Part shown: positions 42,006 to 50,830 of the stretch, piece by piece
Layout of the letters: each line of letters starts with the position of its first letter
How positions within the stretch are numbered: the stretch's first letter is position 1
From: an uncultured virus (IMG/VR IMGVR_UViG_3300021976_000009)
Taxonomy: Duplodnaviria > Heunggongvirae > Uroviricota > Caudoviricetes
IMG/VR virus record: IMGVR_UViG_3300021976_000009
DNA: 64,000 bases
Reading direction: 5' to 3' (one strand)
Position numbers and translations under genes: made by a program
The notes under the pieces: generated by a model
Seen by the model: the letters and a program-made list of their open reading frames with translations, nothing else
Databases searched by the model: none
What the model was told of the DNA's origin: nothing

Positions 42006-42629
42006 TCAACGGAAGTTGAGTGTCCAGTAGGAACCGATACCGGCCAATCCGATCGCTGTGACGGATGGATCAAGCATTGCTGCTCGATGTGGCGGTGAAT
42101 TCATCCATTGGCCACCGATTGTGGCAGGTGAGCCCATTGCCGCGTTTTGGCGTCGAGCAGGTCCCATAACGAAGTGACCTAGCCCACGTCCCTGACAAGC
42201 GGCACTATTCCGACTAGCCCAATTGGCTAGGTTTTGATCCCAACCTACGGGTCGAAGACCTGCTCTTGCTCTAATAGAGTTGAGCCAGGACACGAAAGAG
42301 GGCACCTGTGGGCGAGGAGCAGGCTTAACCTTGCGTTCAACACGCCACATTCCCTTGTAATCGCCGGATTGGATTTGGCTACCCCAACCAAAAAGGCCCT
42401 GTTTGGTAAGCCAAACCCATCCCTTTGGTCCCAATTCTTCACCATTGACGGTGGTAGTAGGAACCTTCTCCAAGTTTGAGGAAGCTACCAATTTGTAATC
42501 ATCCGGGTAAACGGGAGCGTGACGTACCTGAGGAGGGTGAACGGGAGCGTAATGTACGGGAGCGTAACATTGCCCATTCGCACACTGTTCAGGGGCTAAC
42601 AGGGCGAGGAGGAGAATCAACTGCATCAT
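42006..42629 (-). CDS. Secreted CAP/SCP-domain protein
   Basis: Signal peptide; LN..R...GL.P..WD..LA..A, H, WMNSPPHRAAML. Confidence 0.85.
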   Translation of the reverse strand: MMQLILLLALLAPEQCANGQCYAPVHYAPVHPPQVRHAPVYPDDYKLVASSNLEKVPTTTVNGEELGPKGWVWLTKQGLFGWGSQIQSGDYKGMWRVERKVKPAPRPQVPSFVSWLNSIRARAGLRPVGWDQNLANWASRNSAACQGRGLGHFVMGPARRQNAAMGSPATIGGQWMNSPPHRAAMLDPSVTAIGLAGIGSYWTLNFR

Positions 42630-42948
42630 GCTCTCCTGAATTTTCTTTGTCCCACAGTGCTTGCCACTTGGCAAGTTTCACCGGGGCCATCGCGTATAGT
42701 TCTTCTAACGTTCCGCCGCGAAGGATATACATTTCAAGGCAACATAACATAACGTCGATCATTTCAATTCGGCTACTTTCTCTAATAGATTTGTATTTGT
42801 AAAGAGGATCACGATCTTCAATTCGGGCCGCTTGACAGAATTCGCCTAACTCGCCATTGATAGCCGCTAAAATATCCCATTTTCCGATCTTATTGGCGTT
42901 AGCACGATGAATATTTTCAACTTGCCTGAAAGTCACTGGATCAATCAT
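42589..42948 (-). CDS. MazG-like nucleotide pyrophosphohydrolase
   Basis: GELGEF...EMIDV (ExxE...ExxD), KLAKW. Confidence 0.7.
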   Translation of the reverse strand: MIDPVTFRQVENIHRANANKIGKWDILAAINGELGEFCQAARIEDRDPLYKYKSIRESSRIEMIDVMLCCLEMYILRGGTLEELYAMAPVKLAKWQALWDKENSGEHDAVDSPPRPVSP

Positions 42949-43208
42949 AGTGGCATTCCTTGTTTTTCGGCATTAATCATCGCAGTATACGTTACATCGC
43001 GTATATGTTTAGCAGTTTCTTTATTAATTCCAATATAATCAAGCCAATAATAGACCAAAGTGGCAAAATTAGTAGGACTTTTATACTGAATTACCGTTGA
43101 AAGTGGGTATTTGTCGGCTTCCAACTTAGCAAGTGTATAAATATTCGAGGCTTTGACCGGAATTATGGTCACTTCCTTCGGACAATAGTACAAAGCTATA
43201 TATTTCAT
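42945..43208 (-). CDS. Hypothetical protein
   Basis: Operon packing. Confidence 0.5.
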   Translation of the reverse strand: MKYIALYYCPKEVTIIPVKASNIYTLAKLEADKYPLSTVIQYKSPTNFATLVYYWLDYIGINKETAKHIRDVTYTAMINAEKQGMPL

Positions 43209-43213
43209 GGTCT

Positions 43214-43411
43214 TTATGATGGGAAAAAGGTGATGGGCCAAAATAAATCCGCTAAACAACACGATTTTGGCGTCTGATCACCTGCAAATAGCACATGAAC
43301 ATGAATAGGAAGGCCCTCAGTTCCGATAATAATACCGTATTCGGGAATTTTCATGTGCTTTTGCTGATAGAGTACCGGCTTTTTCAGTTCAATTTCCTCT
43401 GGATTGATCAT
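43214..43411 (-). CDS. Hypothetical protein (SH3-like)
   Basis: EYGII...VHVLF.GD..PK....DL. Confidence 0.55.
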   Translation of the reverse strand: MINPEEIELKKPVLYQQKHMKIPEYGIIIGTEGLPIHVHVLFAGDQTPKSCCLADLFWPITFFPS

Positions 43412-43610
43412 TTTCCTGCCTTTCAGAAGTCAATTTCTCCCTTTCCTCTTCCTCATCAACTGTTTCAAACCTCCCTGCGACATTGGCGTACTTCCTTTTT
43501 GTCCCGAATTCAACTGTTGGGTAGTCCTGAGAGAAATCAATCCACCCAATTTCATGTTCATCGGTCAATCCTTGAGCTTCACAGTAGTCTTTGAACTGTT
43601 TCCAGGTCAT
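43389..43610 (-). CDS. Hypothetical protein
   Basis: MTWKQFK..E..G.TD..EI.WID motif; RBS GAGG. Confidence 0.55.
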   Translation of the reverse strand: MTWKQFKDYCEAQGLTDEHEIGWIDFSQDYPTVEFGTKRKYANVAGRFETVDEEEEREKLTSERQENDQSRGN

Positions 43611-43621
43611 TTGAACCTCTA

Positions 43622-44038
43622 TTAGAACCATTTGTACCAAAGTGAGATTTCGCGGCGTGCTGCTATCTCGTCCGCAGAGCCGTGAATGGCGTTTTTCATG
43701 GAATCGACCATATAAAGGTAACGAATTGTATCAGGTGCAGGCTCGGAATAGTTCCCCATAAGGGTACGGAACGCGGAAAAGACATGGTTGGGCTTCTTTT
43801 TCATCGTGAGCGTGCCAATTATGATGGGCGTATGCGTGTACATGCTCGCTATTAGATTTTCATAGAAGTCTTTTCCCTTATGTTCACCATAATGTGACTC
43901 TAATAGAGAAAATTGGGGTATTAACATGGATAAATTCGTGACAGTGAAGCCTTTTTCCTCTATTAGAGAAATGATCTTTCCTGATAAAGAGCGTTGAATG
44001 GCATCCGGCTTGATAATGAAGAATGTTTGTGGCAACAT
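43622..44038 (-). CDS. ndk: Nucleoside diphosphate kinase
   Basis: TFFIIKPDA, HYGEHKGKDFY, TIR, NAIHGS (catalytic His), AARREI. Confidence 0.93.
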   Translation of the reverse strand: MLPQTFFIIKPDAIQRSLSGKIISLIEEKGFTVTNLSMLIPQFSLLESHYGEHKGKDFYENLIASMYTHTPIIIGTLTMKKKPNHVFSAFRTLMGNYSEPAPDTIRYLYMVDSMKNAIHGSADEIAARREISLWYKWF

Positions 44039-44039
44039 A

Positions 44040-44411
44040 TCACATATCCCCGCTAAAAACATAGTTTGCAGAGGCTTCCATGACAACTTTGATCACATGT
44101 TCAGGTACATCATGTTCCTCACCATCACGCTCGCCCTCGGAATTGAGGACACCTACGATCATCATAGACCCCACAATGCAATCGCCTACGCCTAGGGGCG
44201 TACCTACGCTATTACACAGATAGGTAGCTAAAGCATTGAGCACGGGCTGTTTGTCCGAGCGTACCTTGGCTTCCTCATCAATGAAGCAAACACTATCAAC
44301 CGTAAACGGGATCATTTGTATCCATCCGCCGATGATCTTTTTCATATCATTGAAGCCTTTGATTTCTTGCACGATCGCAGGCTTGCTAACTTCAATCACG
44401 AGAACTTTCAT
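44040..44411 (-). CDS. DUF3846-like protein
   Basis: IGGWIQ...DEEAK....N..AT...IVG...IVG...DVP. Confidence 0.7.
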   Translation of the reverse strand: MKVLVIEVSKPAIVQEIKGFNDMKKIIGGWIQMIPFTVDSVCFIDEEAKVRSDKQPVLNALATYLCNSVGTPLGVGDCIVGSMMIVGVLNSEGERDGEEHDVPEHVIKVVMEASANYVFSGDM

Positions 44412-44460
44412 ACCTGTTCCTTTTCTCTATTAGATTCGCCATTTGGCAGATGATCGTTCA

Positions 44461-44498
44461 TTTCTCTAATAGATTCGCTTAGCATTAGATTAGAGAAA
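44461..44498 (-). promoter_or_regulatory. 38-bp composite element, copy 1
   Basis: Reverse complement TTTCTCTAATCTAATGCTAAGCGAATCTATTAGAGAAA. Confidence 0.85.
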
Positions 44499-44549
44499 TT
44501 GATCGAGTGCATGCATTCAAGCAGTCAATCACGGTCTGAGAGGTCCCCC

Positions 44550-44580
44550 GATAGTATACGGTCATTTGGCCGGTTTTTTC
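44550..44580 (-). promoter_or_regulatory. Putative promoter for the leftward operon
   Basis: GAAAAAA-N9-TGACCGTATACTATC; 18-bp exact match to 3208-3225. Confidence 0.7.
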
Positions 44581-44674
44581 CAAAATCCGTCAAAATCGTA
44601 ACCCTTATTTTCATCGGTCGTCACAAGTCGTTTGATAGTCCCATTTATAACACCTAGTAACCAAATCCCGCTAA

Positions 44675-44723
44675 CTTCTTTGTATGAGAGATAGTAGTGA
44701 TAGTGATAGCTCATACAAAGAAG
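44675..44723. other. 14-bp perfect inverted repeat with 21-nt loop at the centre of the divergent region
   Basis: CTTCTTTGTATGAG...CTCATACAAAGAAG. Confidence 0.7.
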
Positions 44724-44862
44724 ATACGGGCGTGCGTATGGTTAGGATACGAAACCGGGCACGCGTAACGGGTTACGGCATGCCAGCCTGAAAAGGGTTA
44801 TAATGCTTGCATGAGTGCATGCATGCATGTAAAAATATTTTCGGAAATGTTGCCATTTCGTG

Positions 44863-44892
44863 GAAAATATGCGACAATTGACCGTATCCTAT
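44863..44892 (+). promoter_or_regulatory. Putative promoter for the rightward replication operon
   Basis: GAAAATA-N9-TGACCGTATCCTAT; overlaps a sigma70-like TTGCCA-N17-GACAAT (44850-44878). Confidence 0.65.
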
Positions 44893-44935
44893 ATGGGGAA
44901 ACCACATGGCTGGCGAAAAGGTGTCTTTTCGCTGA

Positions 44936-44973
44936 TTTCTCTAATCTAAAGGTAGGCGAATCTATTAGAGAAA
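44936..44973 (+). promoter_or_regulatory. 38-bp composite element, copy 2
   Basis: TTTCTCTAATCTAAAGGTAGGCGAATCTATTAGAGAAA. Confidence 0.85.
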
Positions 44974-45025
44974 TCGGTCAAAGGCTTCAGCGACCGAATC
45001 TAATAGAGAAGTCAGAGGGCAGACA

Positions 45026-46102
45026 ATGGCAACGGCATCGGCGACAAACAATGCAACTGGGAACGCTTTCGAGAATGCGAAGTTCGAGCTGCGTGCGGCT
45101 CCAATGGACAAGATCAGGCTGGGGAAATACTCTCTGAGAGAAGTTGATCGCAACTCGGAGAAGTACCAGCGTTTGCGGGACGCCATTGCGGCCACTAATG
45201 GCCCAATGCTTCCCATCCTTCTTCGCGAAATTGAGGACCCTGATAACAAGGGGAAGAAGGCTCTTGGCCTTATCGACGGACTCCAACGCTACTCGTGTTG
45301 TCTCGATCTCGGGTTCAAGACGATTCCGGCTCGCATCATTGACATGGACGATGCCCAGGTCGCAGCGGCCCAGATCATCGCGAACCATTCCCGGATCGAC
45401 ACCAAGCCGGTTGAGTACACGCAACAGCTTCACCGCATGTTGAACGCTGATCCTACCCTGACTCTAGAAGAGTTGAGCGATCAACTGCATTGTTCGGTGA
45501 AGTGGCTTCAGGATCGGCTCAGTTTGGCCAAGCTTCATGAGAAGATCGGCCCCCTGGTGGACAACGGTGATATCTCCTTGGCTCACGCCTTCGCTCTCGT
45601 CAAGCTCAAGCCCCCGGAGGAGCAACTCCAGTTCGTTGAGCAGGCTCAGACGCAGACGATCCAGGAGTTCTCCGGCCACGTCACGAACCGGGTGAAGGAA
45701 CTGAGAGAGGCGGCTCGTACTGGCCGCATCCCGAGTGACAAGGCGGCTTTCCAGGCTGTCCCGCACATGAGGGCGGTCAGGGAGATCAAGGCACAACTGG
45801 AAAGTCCGACCCTCGCTCCTGCTATCGTCAAGGACATGAAGGCCACCACTCCCGAGGAGGGATTTGCGGCGGGCGTCGCTTGGGTGTTGAACATGGACCC
45901 GAAGTCCATCGAGATTTCCAAGCAGCAGGCCGAGGATCGCAAGAAGGAGGATGAGGTCAAGAAAGAAGCCAAGAAGAAGGAGAATATCCGGAAGCGTGCG
46001 GAAGCGGCTCGTGCGGCTGCGGCTGACGCTGGCATCTCCTTGGAGATGAACGCGAACGAGGGTGAGGAAGAAGACGAAGACGAGGATGAAGACGACGAGT
46101 GA
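45026..46102 (+). CDS. parB: ParB/Spo0J-family protein with acidic tail
   Basis: L...I...G...PILLR, LIDGLQRY, IPARI, N..R.D..P.E, HTH TLEELSDQLHCSVKWLQDRLSL, G.ISLAHA..L. Confidence 0.9.
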   Translation: MATASATNNATGNAFENAKFELRAAPMDKIRLGKYSLREVDRNSEKYQRLRDAIAATNGPMLPILLREIEDPDNKGKKALGLIDGLQRYSCCLDLGFKTIPARIIDMDDAQVAAAQIIANHSRIDTKPVEYTQQLHRMLNADPTLTLEELSDQLHCSVKWLQDRLSLAKLHEKIGPLVDNGDISLAHAFALVKLKPPEEQLQFVEQAQTQTIQEFSGHVTNRVKELREAARTGRIPSDKAAFQAVPHMRAVREIKAQLESPTLAPAIVKDMKATTPEEGFAAGVAWVLNMDPKSIEISKQQAEDRKKEDEVKKEAKKKENIRKRAEAARAAAADAGISLEMNANEGEEEDEDEDEDDE

Positions 46103-46358
46103 AGGGCATTGTTTCCTGATCGGATTCAATGATCCAGTTTCTCTATTAGATGCCGTACACGGCCTATTAGATGCGGCCTCCCTGTGATTGGGGCTCACAA
46201 TGACATTCAACAGTGTTGACGGGAATACGTATAACAGCGTGTACATTCCTATCAACATGACAAGTTGTCCCAAGCCAAAGGCGGAGTTGAATTTCACAAT
46301 TCTACCGCCTTTCAACCTTCCCGGACTGAAAAGTCCAAACGTCAAAGGACTGAAAATC

Positions 46359-46688
46359 GTGTACCAGTTGCGTGCGACTCAGGGCGTGAAGCTCAAGCTC
46401 AATGGGCGAGACAAACGGGGCAATCCTGTAAGTTTCACCGATGAGCAAATCGTCGCCACATCTTCCGATGAAGCTCTCCTGGCGGTGGTCGTTGAAGACG
46501 GTATGGTTGTCGCTCGCCCGATCGGTCCTCTTGGGACGGGTCAGGTCCAGGTCAACTTGCCTGATGTCGATGTTGATACCGAAGGGGAGCAGACCCTTTC
46601 CGGTATTCTTGATATCGAGGTGGTGAGCGGTGTGGCAGTTGCGATTGACTTCCAGGCTGCCGAAACGTTCCCTCTTGAAGAAGCCTGA
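46359..46688 (+). CDS. Ig-like single-domain protein
   Basis: D..GNPV, .SSDE....V..G.V.A...G...V; GTG after AAGGA; hairpin at 46684-46704. Confidence 0.6.
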   Translation: MYQLRATQGVKLKLNGRDKRGNPVSFTDEQIVATSSDEALLAVVVEDGMVVARPIGPLGTGQVQVNLPDVDVDTEGEQTLSGILDIEVVSGVAVAIDFQAAETFPLEEA

Positions 46689-46750
46689 AGAACGTTTCTT
46701 CAGGTCAGTTCTCTAGTAGAGTTTCCTAGGTTTCAAAAAGGTTAAGTAAA

Positions 46751-47503
46751 ATGGCACGAGACAAGGGCGAAGTGCAGACGCTCACTAACCGTGAAGTTGG
46801 AACGATAGAGGATAATCTTCCGGGTATCATCGACCCGAAGACGTTCTCAGTTCCGGCGATCGAAAACCCGTACAGTGAAGATTTCGCATCGTTCACAACG
46901 GGATTGTTCCTGCCGAGGTTGCAGCTTGAAGGAAGTTCTTCCAAGTTGGTGAAGAATCGGAAAGTTTCCGCTGGAAACTATATCATCATCACGGGCAAGG
47001 ATGCTTTCGAGGTTCTCGGAGAGAAGATTGACATCTTGGTTCTAACATATCGGTCGAAAGCACTCGATCTGTCCGATACCAAGAACATTGTCGCCTCGTT
47101 CGACAAGAACTCCGAAGAATTTCGGCGTATCCAGGCCGCGGCTCAACAGAAGTCGAAGGGCTACCTTTACGGGCTCGATTTCCTCTGCTACATTCCCGAC
47201 TCTAAGGGAGAAACGAAGTACGCCAGTCTTTTCATGGGCAATCCGACCTTTCGCATGGCTGCCCGCAACTTCAAGCCGCTGATCGGTAAAGCGGTCACAA
47301 TGGGTGTTGAACTTATCAACAACACCGAATACACCTGGGAAGCTCCCACGATCGTGGCATGTAGCACTCCATTGAGCAACTATCCCTCGGCAGAGGAGAT
47401 GGCGGCTCAAATGAAGGATTTCGTGAACCCACCCAAGGGTCCGGTGATCGAGCGTGTCTCTGATGAGGAAGCTGTCGCCGCTGGCACCGACCGCGATCGG
47501 TAA
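46751..47503 (+). CDS. Putative single-stranded DNA-binding protein
   Basis: FLPRLQL motif, acidic C-terminus, high-expression codons, replication context; function is inferred. Confidence 0.45.
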   Translation: MARDKGEVQTLTNREVGTIEDNLPGIIDPKTFSVPAIENPYSEDFASFTTGLFLPRLQLEGSSSKLVKNRKVSAGNYIIITGKDAFEVLGEKIDILVLTYRSKALDLSDTKNIVASFDKNSEEFRRIQAAAQQKSKGYLYGLDFLCYIPDSKGETKYASLFMGNPTFRMAARNFKPLIGKAVTMGVELINNTEYTWEAPTIVACSTPLSNYPSAEEMAAQMKDFVNPPKGPVIERVSDEEAVAAGTDRDR

Positions 47504-47608
47504 TCGTAACGGCCCTGTCCTTCACAAAACCGGATTGTGATGTGGCAGGACTGGTCCCCCGGTAAGTCTCGGCTTACCGGGGGATACATCCATTTAGAGA
47601 AAGTGATT

Positions 47609-47779
47609 ATGGTTACTAAAGTTTGGCCATTGCTCCTTGAATGTGATGGACAGAATTGCAAGAAGCAAACAATGGTCTATAGCAGGAATGAGAAAGTAGC
47701 AACTATTCCTTGGGATTGGAGAAAATTAGATACTTTTATTTATTGTCCCAAATGTGTAGAGAAAATGGGAATAGATTAA
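47609..47779 (+). CDS. Small zinc-binding protein
   Basis: CD...C, W...YCPKC. Confidence 0.55.
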   Translation: MVTKVWPLLLECDGQNCKKQTMVYSRNEKVATIPWDWRKLDTFIYCPKCVEKMGID

Positions 47780-48324
47780 TGCAAGTAATACCATTGAGTA
47801 TGAGCCAGGTTAACTGGTCTGATTATGTAAGCATTGCGTATAAGCATGTGGGCCATTCACCCACACGATCACTTGATGGAGCGGGAATCAAACCGGGTGA
47901 TCCCTATAGCTTTTTAGCTAGCTTAGCGGAATTGGAAATTGAGGGAACTGATCCGCGTACAGGTGTACTCTCGGCCAATCATACGCTGGCACACGTTCAT
48001 TTATCTTTTTTATGTGTGCTATCTGCACAGGAACAGAATGCACTGAGAAACATTCCGATCCTGGATATTTCTTTCATTGATGGAAAAGAGGATTACGAAT
48101 CTACTAGAGTTGATCTCATGATCATCTCGGGAACACTTTTACACTGGCAATTAATCATTCCTTTAATGTTAGAAGGGCTTGATCTCTCTCGAACATACTA
48201 TGTGAGAAGGAAGTTTTTCAATGCCATTTATAATTGGCTCATCAAATTTAATTTCAAGGACCTATTCGTCAGTTATAAGATTGTTCAATTGACAGATGGA
48301 ACCTATTGCCTGGAGCCCAAATGA
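47779..48324 (+). CDS. Hypothetical protein, weak resemblance to the ThyX fold
   Basis: H.L.H...SF and ISG.L..W motifs; no RHR motif. Confidence 0.4.
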   Translation: MQVIPLSMSQVNWSDYVSIAYKHVGHSPTRSLDGAGIKPGDPYSFLASLAELEIEGTDPRTGVLSANHTLAHVHLSFLCVLSAQEQNALRNIPILDISFIDGKEDYESTRVDLMIISGTLLHWQLIIPLMLEGLDLSRTYYVRRKFFNAIYNWLIKFNFKDLFVSYKIVQLTDGTYCLEPK

Positions 48325-48509
48325 AAGAATTGTTCAAACGCAAAGTTGACAAATTGTGTCAATGGATAGCATGGAAGCTTCCTAAGCGAATTGCTATGTG
48401 GACCTATGTTAGAGTAGGTGCCCATGCGACTACCGGAAAGTATGGAGATACAGTGCTGCCTGAAATTACAATGATGGAAGCTCTTAAACGATGGGAATGT
48501 AATGGGTGA
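48321..48509 (+). CDS. Hypothetical protein
   Basis: RBS GGAG; WIAW.LP motif. Confidence 0.6.
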   Translation: MKELFKRKVDKLCQWIAWKLPKRIAMWTYVRVGAHATTGKYGDTVLPEITMMEALKRWECNG

Positions 48510-48723
48510 TATAACGCACTATTGTCATTGGCCTGGTTGTCGCACACCAGTTTCACCAAAGTTATGGGGATGTAAGCGACATTGGTATGCTCTTCCGAAG
48601 GAATTACGCAACAAAGTTTGGGATGCCTATGTTCCAGGGCAAGAAATCCGGAAGGACCCAACTGGAGAGTATATGGATGTGATGGCTGAACTTTACGCAT
48701 GGATCAAAGCCAATGGCGGGTAG
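48502..48723 (+). CDS. Small zinc-binding protein
   Basis: H.C....C...C..HW..LP. Confidence 0.65.
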   Translation: MGDITHYCHWPGCRTPVSPKLWGCKRHWYALPKELRNKVWDAYVPGQEIRKDPTGEYMDVMAELYAWIKANGG

Positions 48724-48873
48724 CATTCTCTGATAGCGTTCGGCTACATTGATGATCCCCAATCATCAGGGTTGATCGCCGGTCTCCGGGCGATTTAAAA
48801 TCCGGGAGACAAAAAATAGGAGGACCTGGGTGATGATGGGATCACTTGGCAAATCCAATCTCTATTAGAGAAA

Positions 48874-50799
48874 GTGAAAACTATGCCAGTTGTATCAATG
48901 ATTTCTGTCAGTGGCCGTCACAAGTACAAAAAGGAAGTAGATATCAATTCTACTGGAAGAGGGACATTACAACTTGAGTTCGATTATGACGAATATCTCA
49001 AGGATGAAGTAAAGGCAATGGATGGTGCCAGATGGAATCCAGATATTAAAAGTTGGATTGTTAAGGATACTCCAAGGAATTGGTTTCAACTTCGTTTCCT
49101 CATGGGAGAGAATCCTTATACTTGGTATGATGCTCCTCTAGTAGAGTTTGTTAGTCGGGTCGATACGATCTATCCGCAACAAATCCAAATGGTCAGGGAA
49201 GGACTGACCTATCGGCAGATGATCTGGGCGGCGGAAATGGGCTTAGGCAAGACGCTTGCCGCTATCCTGATGATCGAGGAAGCTCTTGAACGTTGGAATT
49301 TTCGGAAAGTTTGGTGGGTTGGACCTAAGTCCGCTCTGGCCAGTTTCGAGGTTGAAGTGGCCACTTGGGGCATGCTTAATCTTCCCGAGAAGATCATGAC
49401 CTATGAGGAGTTAGTCAAAACGGTAAAGAATTGGCCTCCCGGATTAAAAGCTCCTCAGATCATTATCTTGGATGAAGCTAGTCGTTGCAAAACGCCTACT
49501 ACGCAACGAACACAATCCGTCATGGAAGTTACTAAGGGAATGCGAGAAGATTATGGTGAAAATGAGCCATTCATTATCGAGATGACGGGAACTCCTGCTC
49601 CCAAGAGTCCATTGGATTGGTATTCGCTTTGTGAAGTAGCCAAGCCCGGATTCATTCGCGAAGGCAATATACATAAGTTCCGGGATCGGTTGGGCGTAGT
49701 AGAAAAGCGAGAGTCTCCAGCGGGCGGGGTGTATCCACATACCGTAACATGGAGAGATAGCGAGAATAAATGTCGTCATTGTGGTTCCACTCGGGAGGAA
49801 CATGATTTCGATGTGATTGCGCGAGAGGGTATCGCACATGAGTTTCAACCAGGAATAAATGAGGTCGCAAAACTCTATAAGAGAATGAAAGGACTAGTTT
49901 CCGTTTACTTCAAGAAGGACTGGCTATCCTATCTTCCGGACAAACAGTATCGTATCCTTCGTTGCAAAGTTAGTCGGAGCACAGCCAATGCAGCATCATC
50001 TATCCAATCTAATGCAAAACGGGCCGTAACGGCTCTTACTTTGCTCCGAGAGTTATCTGATGGATTCCAATATTCCGATATCGAAGAAGGCACCACGTCC
50101 TGCCCTCTTTGTCTTGGGTCGAAAAGGACAGAAGTTCCATTTGTCCTGGACGAATCAGGCAAGATGGAACTTCGAGAAGTTGAATGTACCAATTGTAGTG
50201 GCGAAGGAGTTGTCCCCAAATCTATTAGAGTAACTAACTCAGTAGCATGCCCAAAGGATGACATTTTAGAAAGTATTCTCGATGATCATGAAGATGGGCG
50301 ATTGGTCATCTATGCTGGATTTACTGGCTCTATTGATCGTATTGTTACATTATGCTTGCGTAAAGGTTGGGGCACGATTCGTGTCGACGGACGAGGATGG
50401 GAATCCTCACTCCCAGTCTCTGCCGATGTAAAGCAATCTTTACCGAAGAAACTATTGGATGTTTTCCAGAGAAAAGGTAAATATCCTATAGGATTTGATG
50501 AAAAGATCGCATTTATTGGTCATCCGGGCTCGGCGGGAATGGGAATCACATTGACAGCGAGCAATGAAATCGTCTATTATTCCAATGATTTCAATGCGGA
50601 AAGTAGAATTCAATCCGAGGATCGTATTCATCGTCCAGGGATGGACCTAAACAAGGGGTGTATGATCACTGATATTGTCCATCTCCCTTCGGACATAGTT
50701 GTCTTGAAGAACCTCAAGGACAAGCGTAGACTCCAAGACATGAGCTTGGGTCTTTTCCATGAATCTATGAAGATGGCCGATGAAGATCGTTTGCTTTAA
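48874..50799 (+). CDS. SF2 (SNF2-like) helicase with zinc-finger insertions
   Basis: EMGLGKT, ILDEAS, MTGTP, GMGITLT, QSEDRIHR.G. Confidence 0.92.
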   Translation: MKTMPVVSMISVSGRHKYKKEVDINSTGRGTLQLEFDYDEYLKDEVKAMDGARWNPDIKSWIVKDTPRNWFQLRFLMGENPYTWYDAPLVEFVSRVDTIYPQQIQMVREGLTYRQMIWAAEMGLGKTLAAILMIEEALERWNFRKVWWVGPKSALASFEVEVATWGMLNLPEKIMTYEELVKTVKNWPPGLKAPQIIILDEASRCKTPTTQRTQSVMEVTKGMREDYGENEPFIIEMTGTPAPKSPLDWYSLCEVAKPGFIREGNIHKFRDRLGVVEKRESPAGGVYPHTVTWRDSENKCRHCGSTREEHDFDVIAREGIAHEFQPGINEVAKLYKRMKGLVSVYFKKDWLSYLPDKQYRILRCKVSRSTANAASSIQSNAKRAVTALTLLRELSDGFQYSDIEEGTTSCPLCLGSKRTEVPFVLDESGKMELREVECTNCSGEGVVPKSIRVTNSVACPKDDILESILDDHEDGRLVIYAGFTGSIDRIVTLCLRKGWGTIRVDGRGWESSLPVSADVKQSLPKKLLDVFQRKGKYPIGFDEKIAFIGHPGSAGMGITLTASNEIVYYSNDFNAESRIQSEDRIHRPGMDLNKGCMITDIVHLPSDIVVLKNLKDKRRLQDMSLGLFHESMKMADEDRLL

Positions 50800-50830
50800 G
50801 CGATCTAAATCTAATAGAGAAAGCACAACG

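Noticed and set aside
47504..47585. Possible tRNA after the SSB-like gene
   Set aside because: There are two hairpins but no cloverleaf, T-loop or CCA. This is more likely a terminator or stability element. I recognised no tRNA anywhere in the window.
47779..48324. Functional ThyX thymidylate synthase
   Set aside because: The RHRxxSxxxxSxR signature is absent; only a faint fold resemblance remains.
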